This document shows positions 55,446 through 64,000 of a DNA stretch of 64,000 nucleotides, one piece after another. Every line of letters begins with the position of its first letter. Within the stretch, counting starts at the first letter, position 1. The stretch is from assembly GCA_965227515.1 (NCBI GenBank), contig CBDDFZ010000001.1, positions 2,464,001 through 2,528,000 on the forward strand. Reading direction: 5' to 3'. Origin of the DNA: Alphaproteobacteria bacterium (GTDB lineage Bacteria; Pseudomonadota; Alphaproteobacteria; CALKHQ01). The position numbers were made by a program, and so were the translations under genes. The notes below the pieces were generated by a model. The model made no database searches and had not been told where the DNA came from. It worked only from the letters and a program-made list of their open reading frames with translations.

Positions 55446-55988
55446 ATGAGCCGGATCATCCTTTTTGCAGCCTCCGCCCTGTTGGCCGCCGTGACGGCAT
55501 GGCCGGCACTGGCGCAATCGGACCTGCTGGCCCTCAACGCGGTCGCCAGCGAGCGCATCGGCCCGACCGAATGGCGGCTGACGCTCACCTTCGGGCGCGC
55601 CGACCGGTCACCCAATGCGAGCGCGCGCTCGGTGAACGCACCGGCCCTGGGTGAGGGGCAGATCGTGCTGCAGACCGGAGACGGCCTGGCGGCACCGTTC
55701 ATCATCCATGCGATCGCGGCACCGAACGGCCCGGACATTCGCCTGCGCGCCGAATACTTCGCCGCCGGCACGCCGCCCGAAGGCTACGAGTTCCAGGTGG
55801 CTATCGTCGGCGAGGCGCGGATCGACCCCGAGCGCAGCGTGGTGCCATTCGCCCTGATCGCGCCGGGTGTGGAAGCGGAGATCATTGAGGTTGGTGATGA
55901 CGAGCTGGAGGAGCTCGATGTCGACAACAGCGAAACCTACGATCGCGACCCGGACGACATCGCGGTCGACGAGAACGCGCCGGGGTAA
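55446..55988 (+). CDS. Hypothetical secreted protein with acidic tail
   Basis: Signal peptide ending PALA; no family recognised. Confidence 0.6.
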   Translation: MSRIILFAASALLAAVTAWPALAQSDLLALNAVASERIGPTEWRLTLTFGRADRSPNASARSVNAPALGEGQIVLQTGDGLAAPFIIHAIAAPNGPDIRLRAEYFAAGTPPEGYEFQVAIVGEARIDPERSVVPFALIAPGVEAEIIEVGDDELEELDVDNSETYDRDPDDIAVDENAPG

Positions 55989-56006
55989 GGCCGGCATGGG
56001 CAGCCC

Positions 56007-56588
56007 ATGCCCGTGCTGATCCCACCGATCCGTCGCGCGCAGGCGCCCGACGGGGCGGCACTCGCCGCCCTTGTGAACTATGCCGGCGAAGGGCTGGCGC
56101 ATTACCTTTGGTCGAAGATGGCGGCCCCCGGCGAAGATCCCTGGGAGGTCGGTCGGCGGCGGCAGGAAGCCAAGATCGCGAGCGCCGAAGTGTTCGTTGT
56201 CGATCAGGGCGATGGGGTGATCGCCGGCCTGACCGGCTATGCGGTGCCCGCAGAGCCTGAACCCATTCCCGACGACATGGACCCGATGTTCCGTCCGCTG
56301 CAGGAGCTGGAGAACCTGGCGCCCTCGACGTGGTACGTGAACGTGCTTGCCGTGATGCCGGACCATCGCGGCCAGGGCTGGGGCAACCGTCTGTTGGACG
56401 TGGCGGAAGCCTGCGCCGTCGAAACCGGCACCGACGGCCTTAGCATCATCGTTGCAGATCGGAATGACGGTGCGTTCCGCCTCTATGCCAAGCGCGGCTA
56501 TGTCGAGTACGCCCGCCGCCCGATGCTGAAAGAGGGCTGGCAGACCGACAGCAACGAGTTCGTGCTGCTGACCCGGCCAGCGACCTAG
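56007..56588 (+). CDS. GNAT family N-acetyltransferase
   Basis: WYVNVLAV.PDHRGQGWG..LL, N.GA.RLY.K.GY. Confidence 0.88.
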   Translation: MPVLIPPIRRAQAPDGAALAALVNYAGEGLAHYLWSKMAAPGEDPWEVGRRRQEAKIASAEVFVVDQGDGVIAGLTGYAVPAEPEPIPDDMDPMFRPLQELENLAPSTWYVNVLAVMPDHRGQGWGNRLLDVAEACAVETGTDGLSIIVADRNDGAFRLYAKRGYVEYARRPMLKEGWQTDSNEFVLLTRPAT

Positions 56589-56695
56589 GCCGGGATCAGC
56601 TTACGCTGAATCTGCGCCAGCCCTCTCCCCCACCCGGCCACCCAGCAGGATACTTTCGTGGGTGGCCGGGTGGGGGAGAGCGACTGTCTTTTGTG

Positions 56696-57832
<1,137 letters not shown>

Positions 57833-57877
57833 CTAGGGTGGCGCAAACGAGAGGTAGGGCAGGGCTCGTCTGTTTTT

Positions 57878-58105
57878 CCTCTCCCCGCCGCGCAGCGGTG
57901 TGGGAGAGGAAGGGGCCCAGCCGCAGGCTGGGAAGGTGAGGGGCGTGGCGTGGTCAGTCGCGATCTCACACGCCTGAGGCAAGAGAACGACAGTCTCATC
58001 CGCCGGGCTGAAACGCCGCTTCCGCCGGAACCTTGGCCCTCACCCTCCCGCAAACCTGCGGTTCGCGGGCCCCTCCCTCTCCCGCGCGTACCGCTGGGAG
58101 AGGGG
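57878..58105. repeat. Inverted pair of REP-like palindromes (family C)
   Basis: 57878-57943 and 58037-58105, similar to 9693-9833. Confidence 0.78.
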
Positions 58106-58183
58106 AAGTGAAGCCCGTCCGTAGTTATGTGGCGCCAGAAAGGATGTGGCTGTTAGGCCCTCATCAGCCCAACGGCGCGGTCA

Positions 58184-58627
58184 TCAGGAATAGTGGCATT
58201 CGTAGTTCAGGCTGCCGTCGCTGAAGGTCTGGATGACGACAACCCCGCCATAGAAGCTGCAGATGTTGTTGAACTGCTCGGCGTCGCAGCCTTGCACCCA
58301 GGCCGAGTTGCAGCACGTGATCATGCCGTAGCAGACGTCGTGGCCATAGGCCAGGTCGGTCGCGCCCAGCAGGATCAGGTCGATCTGGCGATCCTGATCT
58401 GCAATTTCCGGGTCAATCGGCAGCAGGGCCGGCACATCGATTTCGCCGATGCCGCCGACGGTCGGCCGCGTGGTGTCCATGGAGGGCGGGGCGACGGATG
58501 TCGGGTTCACGGTGTCGCGCGGCGGCGTGGGGTGGGTCGACCCGTTCGGGTCGGTGGCCAGCGCCGGGCCGATGGCGAAAAGGGTGGTGGCGAGCGCCGT
58601 TGCGGCGAATTTGCGGATGTTGGTCAT
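58184..58627 (-). CDS. Hypothetical secreted protein, Pro/Thr linker and Cys-rich C-terminus
   Basis: AGGAG RBS, signal peptide ending PALA, six Cys in last ~50 aa. Confidence 0.65.
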   Translation of the reverse strand: MTNIRKFAATALATTLFAIGPALATDPNGSTHPTPPRDTVNPTSVAPPSMDTTRPTVGGIGEIDVPALLPIDPEIADQDRQIDLILLGATDLAYGHDVCYGMITCCNSAWVQGCDAEQFNNICSFYGGVVVIQTFSDGSLNYECHYS

Positions 58628-58766
58628 TGTTCTTGTCTCCTGATCTTGGGCGGCTGGATGCCGCCGGTATCGGGAGGTCGCACGACGCGCGGAATTGGTT
58701 CATGCAAATGGCGGGAATGTGTCGGGCGGGCGAAGCGGACGTCGCGGCCGGTCGGTTGCGCGGCGT

Positions 58767-60365
58767 CTATTCGGCCACCAGTGCCGCCAGTTCGCGCCGG
58801 TGCTCGTGCATTTTCAGGAACGCCTGGTAGCGCCGGTCATAGAGCGGGCGCACCGCCGGGTCCGGCGCGACCGTGCGGCCGGTGCGCGCCATCGCAGCAC
58901 CCGCGGCGCCCAGGTCCGGGTGCAGGCCGGCGGCGGTGGCCGCCAGCATGGCGGTGCCGATCAACACCCCTTCCTCCTGCTCCGGCAGTGCCACGGTGCA
59001 GCCGGTGGCATCGGCGTAGAGCGACAGCAGCAGCGGGTTGTGGCGGTGGCCGCCGGTCAGGTGCAGGTGGCGGATGCGGTAACCGGTGTCGTTCATGGCG
59101 TCGATGATGTGGCGGGTGCCCAGCACCACGCCGAGCGCGGTGGCGAAATACACGCGCGCAAGCGCGTCGTCGCCGGTTTCCATGGTCAAGCCGCTGATCA
59201 CCCCGCGCGCGTTCGGGTCGGCCAGCGGCGAGCGGTTGCCGTGAAAGTCCGGCAGCACCATCAGTTCCGGGTCCAGCCCCGGCCCATGCGCCGCCCGCAG
59301 GCGTTCGACGGTCGCCACGACCTCGGCGTGGGTGGCCGCGTCCGGCGTGCGGCCGTGCAGCTCCAGGATGTGGTCCAGCAGCGAACCGCTGGCGCCCTGG
59401 CCGCCCTCGTTGACCCACATGCCGGGCACGATGGCCCCGAAATAGGGGCCCCAGACGCCGTCGATGAAGCGCGGTTCCGGCGACAGCGCCATGTGGCAGG
59501 TGGACGTCCCGGCGATCAGCCCGATGCGGTTGTCGATGGGGGCGCCATCGGCGGCGCCGATGGCATCGCCCAGCACGCCGAGCATGCCGGCATGGGCGTC
59601 GATCAGGCCGGCGGCGACGATGCAGTCGGTGCCGAGCCCCAGGTCGGCGGCGGCAGCCTCCGTCAGCCGCCCGATGGGGGTCGCCACCGCGACCGCGCGT
59701 TCCGGCACCGGGATGTGGTCCATCATGTCGTCCAGCCCGACCGCCTGGTGCAGGGTCGATGGCCAGCCGTCCTTCTCGTGGGCCAGATAGGTCCACTTGC
59801 AGGTGACGGTGCAGGTCGAGCGCGCGTCGCTTCCGGTCGCGCGCCAGGTCAGGTAGTCGGTCAGGTCGAACACGTTGCCGGTGCGCGCCCAGGTGTCGGG
59901 CAGGTGGCGTTTGACCCACATCGACTTCGGGATCTGCATTTCCGGCGACATCACCCCGCCGACATGGCGCAGCGCCGGGTGGCCGGTGGCTGAGCATTCC
60001 TCCGCCTCTGCGATGGCGCGGTGGTCGGCCCACACGATGGTGTCCCAGCGCGCGTCGCCATCAGCCGAGATCGATATCGGGCGCATGTCGCGGTCCCGCC
60101 ACACCAGGGTGCACGACGTGGCATCGAAGCTGAGGCCGACGATCTGCTCCGGCGAGAGGGCGGCATCGGCCAGCGCCGCACGCATTGCCCCGCAGACGGC
60201 CGCCCAGATGTCTTCCGACGAATGCTCCATGTGGCGTGGGCGCGGCCGGTTGACGGCAATATCGCGCACCGCGTACGCCCTGATCTCGCCGCGCGCGTCC
60301 ACGATGGCGGCGCGCGCGCTGCCGGTGCCGACGTCGATTGCGGCCACAAAGGGTCGATTCACCAC
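58767..60365 (-). CDS. FGGY-family carbohydrate kinase (pentulose/ribulokinase-like)
   Basis: IDVGTGSARA, FDATS, VWADHRA, MSPEMQIPK, IDAHAG, GTSTCHM, PDFHGNRSP. Confidence 0.9.
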   Translation of the reverse strand: MVNRPFVAAIDVGTGSARAAIVDARGEIRAYAVRDIAVNRPRPRHMEHSSEDIWAAVCGAMRAALADAALSPEQIVGLSFDATSCTLVWRDRDMRPISISADGDARWDTIVWADHRAIAEAEECSATGHPALRHVGGVMSPEMQIPKSMWVKRHLPDTWARTGNVFDLTDYLTWRATGSDARSTCTVTCKWTYLAHEKDGWPSTLHQAVGLDDMMDHIPVPERAVAVATPIGRLTEAAAADLGLGTDCIVAAGLIDAHAGMLGVLGDAIGAADGAPIDNRIGLIAGTSTCHMALSPEPRFIDGVWGPYFGAIVPGMWVNEGGQGASGSLLDHILELHGRTPDAATHAEVVATVERLRAAHGPGLDPELMVLPDFHGNRSPLADPNARGVISGLTMETGDDALARVYFATALGVVLGTRHIIDAMNDTGYRIRHLHLTGGHRHNPLLLSLYADATGCTVALPEQEEGVLIGTAMLAATAAGLHPDLGAAGAAMARTGRTVAPDPAVRPLYDRRYQAFLKMHEHRRELAALVAE

Positions 60366-60488
60366 CTGTTTCCCTCCCCATCGGCCGGTCCGGCTGCCGG
60401 CCTTGCCTATTCATCCGCGTTGTGCGGCCCTGCCCACGCGGCTAAGTTCTACCTTGCTGAAGCAAAAGACCAAACCCGGGAGGAGCCG

Positions 60489-60929
60489 GTGCTCAAGGGC
60501 CTCGACCCCATCTTGAATGCCGATCTGCTGCATATCCTGCGTGCCATGGGGCACGGCGACGACCTGGCCATCGTCGACGCCAATTTCCCGGCGACCACCA
60601 TGTCGAAGCGGCTGGTGCGGATGGATGGCCACACCGCCACCCGGGTGCTGGATGGCGTGCTGTCGGTCATGCCGCTGGACACCTTCGTCGACACCGCCGC
60701 CTGGCACATGGAGCCGGTTGACGATCCCACCAGCGTGCCGCCGGTATGCGGGGAATTCCAGCAGATCGTCGACAAGCACGAAGGCGCCGGCAAATTCCCC
60801 CTCGGCACGATCGAGCGGTTCGCGTTCTACGATCACGTCCAGTCCTGTTTCGCGGTGATCGCGACCGGCGAGCGGCGCCTTTATGGCAACGTGATCCTGC
60901 GCATGGGAGTGATCCATCCCGATGACTAG
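60489..60929 (+). CDS. RbsD/FucU family mutarotase
   Basis: LKGLDPIL, MGHGDDLAIVDANFP, IERFAFY, ATGERRLYGN; GGAG RBS, GTG start. Confidence 0.9.
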   Translation: MLKGLDPILNADLLHILRAMGHGDDLAIVDANFPATTMSKRLVRMDGHTATRVLDGVLSVMPLDTFVDTAAWHMEPVDDPTSVPPVCGEFQQIVDKHEGAGKFPLGTIERFAFYDHVQSCFAVIATGERRLYGNVILRMGVIHPDD

Positions 60930-61209
60930 GCAAGACGGACATGGGCGGGCCTTGCGCGCCGGTGCGCTTCTCGCGGCCGGTGCGTTGGCACTTGGGCTTG
61001 CCGGCTGCGGCAGCGATCACGAGCTGTCGCTGTTCACGCCTTACGGTGCCGGCTATTCGGACGGTTGCGAGAGCGGCTATGCCGACGCCGGGGTCAACTA
61101 TTTCGAATACGACCACAATGGCGGCCTGTTCGGGTCCGGCGGCTATGGCGACGGCTGGGACAATGGCTACGAATGGTGCCAGGCGTTCTGGCGCGCGGCG
61201 GATATGTAG
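60922..61209 (+). CDS. Small hypothetical lipoprotein
   Basis: Lipobox LAGC; GY.DGC.SGY...GY.DGW..GY..C pattern. Confidence 0.6.
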   Translation: MTRQDGHGRALRAGALLAAGALALGLAGCGSDHELSLFTPYGAGYSDGCESGYADAGVNYFEYDHNGGLFGSGGYGDGWDNGYEWCQAFWRAADM

Positions 61210-61410
61210 CCAACACTGTCGTGCGGCGTGGCGCGGCTGCATCCATTCCGGTTTCTCGCCAAGCATTCCTGCCGATCCGTGACCCAGCGTGATCGACAGA
61301 TTGCCCTTCGGTAAGCTATAAGTCGCGCGAATCGCGGTACCGACTTCGGGGCGTATGTCCGGCTCCGCCGGCCCGGGTCGCGACGTGGTCTGGAACTGCT
61401 ACGGGGCGCC

Positions 61411-63141
61411 GTGTTTACGCCGACCAAGTCCATCTGGCAGAAAACCGCCGCGCTGGCGCTTGCTGGCGCGTGCCTGACCGCACCGCTGACCGAGGCGGAG
61501 GCGCAGGTTTTCGACGGCCAGCGCGTCGCCCTGGTGGTTGGCAACAGCCAGTATGAAGACGTCGGTGCGCTGGTCAATCCGCGCAACGATGCCATCGCCA
61601 TGGCCAACGCCCTGCGCGCGCTCGATTTCGACGTCATCGAAAAGGTGGATGTCGACCGCGAGACGTTCTTCGACGCACTGCGCGATTTCAGCGCCAGCCT
61701 GCGCCCCGGTGTGCTGGCGGTGTTCTACTACGCAGGCCACGGTGTGCAGGTGGACGGCCGCAACTACATCCTGCCGGTCGATGCGCGCCTGTCGGTGAAC
61801 GAGGACTTCGACCTCCACGCGGTCAACGCATCCGACGTGCTCGGTATCATGGAGGCATCGGGCGCCGGGCTCAGCGTGATGATCCTAGATGCCTGCCGCG
61901 ACAACCCGTTCCCGCAGTGGTCGAGCAGGGTGCACAGCGGCCTGGCGGCGATGGAGGCCGGCTCCGGCCAGACGCTGATCGCCTACGCCACCGCGCCCGG
62001 CAACGTCGCCGACGACGGCAATGGCGTTCACAGCCCCTACACCCAGGCGCTGCTGCAGGTGGTCCGCGAGCCGGGCCTGGAGATCGGCCTGATCTTTCGC
62101 AAGGTGCGGCGCCTGGTGCGCGAGGCGACCAACGGCACCCAGATCCCATGGGTCTCCGGCACGCTGGAGGATCAGTTCTATCTGACGCCGCCCAATGTCG
62201 TCCCCGATGCCGCCGGCACCGATGTGATCGCGTGGCAGTCGGTGCAGCAGATCGAGGACGTGGCGTCGCGCGCCGACGCGCTGCGCCATTACCTGGAGCG
62301 CTATCCGGACGGGCGCTTTGCGATGCTGGCCCTGCTGCAATTGCGCGATCTGGTTGGCACCACCGAGTTCGAAGGTGTGGCCGAGCCGGCTGGCGGCACC
62401 CAGCCGCGGGCGGTGACCACCGACGAGCTGGTGGAGAACGAGTCCGATCTCAGCGAGGCGGAGCGTCGTCGCATCCAGGAAGCGCTACAGTTGGTCGATG
62501 CCTACTATGGCGAGATCGACGGCATGTTCGGCCGCGGCACCCGTCAGGCGATCCGCCGGTTCCAGGAGCGGCTGGAGCAGGAACCGTCGGGCTACCTGAC
62601 CGACCAGCAGCGGCTGGCGCTGGCAGTGGCGGCGGCAGACCAGGCGGCGCAGACCGCGTTCGGCGTGGCCGCCCAGGCCCGCGCCGCGCGGGAGAAGGCA
62701 CTGGAAGTGGCGGCGAGCGTCGCCGCGGTCTCCGGCAGCGTCAACGAGGGCGCCTACACCGGCCAGCCGCTGGCGCGCAATGGCGTGTCCTATGGCGTGC
62801 TGGGGCTGGAGAGCGGGGACCTGTTCACCGGCGAGTTCGAGCATGGCCAGGCGGTGCTGGGCGTGCGCGCGTTCACCAATGGCGACATCTATATGGGCGC
62901 CTTCCGCAATGGCTTGCCGGAGGGTTTCGGCGTCTACCAGTTCTCCAGCGGCGGCGAGGTGGCGGGCCAGTGGAAGGCCGGCGTCCTGGACGGTTTCGCG
63001 TTGAGCCAGGACTCGACCAACCGGCGCATCGCCGGCGAGTGGCAGGAGAACCGCCCGCATGGGTTCGGCGTCGCTTCGCTGGCCGACGGCACCATTGCCC
63101 GCGGTTTCTGGGTCGACGGCGAGTTCACCCAGATGCTCTAG
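61411..63141 (+). CDS. Secreted caspase-family (C14) peptidase with peptidoglycan-binding and MORN-like repeats
   Basis: RVALVVGNS.Y, YYAGHG, ILDACRDNP; IQEAL...IDGMFG.GTR.AI..FQ; Y.G.F.NG..G.G repeats. Confidence 0.85.
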   Translation: MFTPTKSIWQKTAALALAGACLTAPLTEAEAQVFDGQRVALVVGNSQYEDVGALVNPRNDAIAMANALRALDFDVIEKVDVDRETFFDALRDFSASLRPGVLAVFYYAGHGVQVDGRNYILPVDARLSVNEDFDLHAVNASDVLGIMEASGAGLSVMILDACRDNPFPQWSSRVHSGLAAMEAGSGQTLIAYATAPGNVADDGNGVHSPYTQALLQVVREPGLEIGLIFRKVRRLVREATNGTQIPWVSGTLEDQFYLTPPNVVPDAAGTDVIAWQSVQQIEDVASRADALRHYLERYPDGRFAMLALLQLRDLVGTTEFEGVAEPAGGTQPRAVTTDELVENESDLSEAERRRIQEALQLVDAYYGEIDGMFGRGTRQAIRRFQERLEQEPSGYLTDQQRLALAVAAADQAAQTAFGVAAQARAAREKALEVAASVAAVSGSVNEGAYTGQPLARNGVSYGVLGLESGDLFTGEFEHGQAVLGVRAFTNGDIYMGAFRNGLPEGFGVYQFSSGGEVAGQWKAGVLDGFALSQDSTNRRIAGEWQENRPHGFGVASLADGTIARGFWVDGEFTQML

Positions 63142-63217
63142 GTCCGGCGTCGGAGCGTAGGGTCCCATCCGTCATTGCGTTGATATGGCGGTCAATCACC
63201 ACGAAATTATTCACCTT

Positions 63218-63307
63218 CGTCATGGTCGGGCTTGTCCCGACCATCCACGACTTGGCCGCTACGCGTCCAATAAGGCGTGGATGCCCGCAACAAGTGCGGG
63301 CATGACG
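63218..63307. repeat. Palindromic repeat family B, copy 3
   Basis: cgtcatggtcgggcttgtcccgaccatccacg...cgtggatgcccgcaacaagtgcgggcatgacg. Confidence 0.85.
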
Positions 63308-63379
63308 GTAAGGGGTGGCCGGGAAATCCATGCATCGGATGCAGTGAGGGCGCCATTTGCCCGGCGCAGCAAAGCCGCC

Positions 63380-64000
63380 TCAGTCCTTCTTCTGCTGCAC
63401 CTCGTCCAGCTTCAGCGCGAATGGCACCGCGCCCAGGGACATGACGGCGAAGATCGCCAGCACGGTCGCCTCGCCCGCGACGTGAGCGACCACGCCGAAC
63501 ACGCCGCCGGCCAGCAGCAGCACGCCGATGATGGTGTTGGACAGCGCCGTGTAGGCTGCGCGGGTCTCCGCGTCGGCCATGTCGACCAGGTGGGTCGAGC
63601 GCCCCAGCCGCACGCCCTGATGGGCGACCACCAGCACGAACAGCAGCACCGGCGCGACCCAGGCGACCGACAGCGCCGTGTGTGCCGCGAAGGCAAGGGC
63701 GGCGGAGACGCCCAGCACGGCGGCGGCGGCGATCCCCGCCAGCGCCAGCACCTTGCGGCTGGACCGGTCGGCAAGCCGTCCCCAGGCGTAGGTGCTGACC
63801 GCACCGGCCAATGCCGACGCGATGATGAACGGACCCAGCGCGCCGATCTCGTTCTCGCCGGCGCGCCCCGCCAGCGCGAGCAGGAACGGCGGCGCCAGCG
63901 CGGTGGCGGTCAACAGCCCGCGCGCGATGATGAACAGGCGCAGTTGCCGGTCCTGCCGCAGCAACGAGAATTGCCGCAGCACCCCCTTGAGGCCCTCGTT
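63380..64000 (-). CDS. MFS transporter (3' part, truncated by window edge)
   Basis: Hydrophobic helices, WGRLADRSSR, GVRLGRSTHLVDMA, YTALSNT. Confidence 0.8.
   Translation of the reverse strand, partial: NEGLKGVLRQFSLLRQDRQLRLFIIARGLLTATALAPPFLLALAGRAGENEIGALGPFIIASALAGAVSTYAWGRLADRSSRKVLALAGIAAAAVLGVSAALAFAAHTALSVAWVAPVLLFVLVVAHQGVRLGRSTHLVDMADAETRAAYTALSNTIIGVLLLAGGVFGVVAHVAGEATVLAIFAVMSLGAVPFALKLDEVQQKKD

Noticed and set aside
58767-60929. FGGY kinase plus RbsD/FucU as a novel sugar pathway
   Set aside because: Common carbohydrate genes; nothing in the window identifies the substrate or suggests novelty

Overview
GC-rich alphaproteobacterial chromosomal segment (Rhodospirillales-like gene order; taxonomy inferred). 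Housekeeping blocks: nagZ'-scpA-scpB-(ABC ATPase)-tatABC-serS-surE-pcm-nlpD; yajC-secD-secF; trmFO; ruvX-plsY-dprA-topA-rnr-S41 protease-rpmG; gatCAB; the imuA-imuB-dnaE2 SOS mutagenesis cassette; mtnA. Main accessory signals: (1) an AT-richer two-gene cassette (SAMHD1/YwfO-like HD dNTP triphosphohydrolase plus YwgA/Panacea-like partner) inserted antisense between gatA and gatB and bracketed by a 17-bp imperfect duplication of the gatB 5' end, a candidate defence or toxin-antitoxin module; (2) a nested mobile-DNA set: a ~128-bp palindromic MITE-like repeat with IS630-like ends (4 copies), a full IS630 element, an IS110 element inserted in one repeat copy at a CT core whose non-coding end carries readable bridge-RNA guides matching both the repeat and its own circle junction, and one repeat copy lying in frame inside imuB; (3) two tandem secreted Sel1-like proteins each made of two ~300-aa modules, a secreted beta/gamma-crystallin + Cys-rich protein, a TatB with a histone-H1-like tail, and LexA-like boxes with N6 rather than N7 spacing. 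No rRNA, tRNA or CRISPR array seen. All calls are by eye from sequence motifs; no database searches were run.
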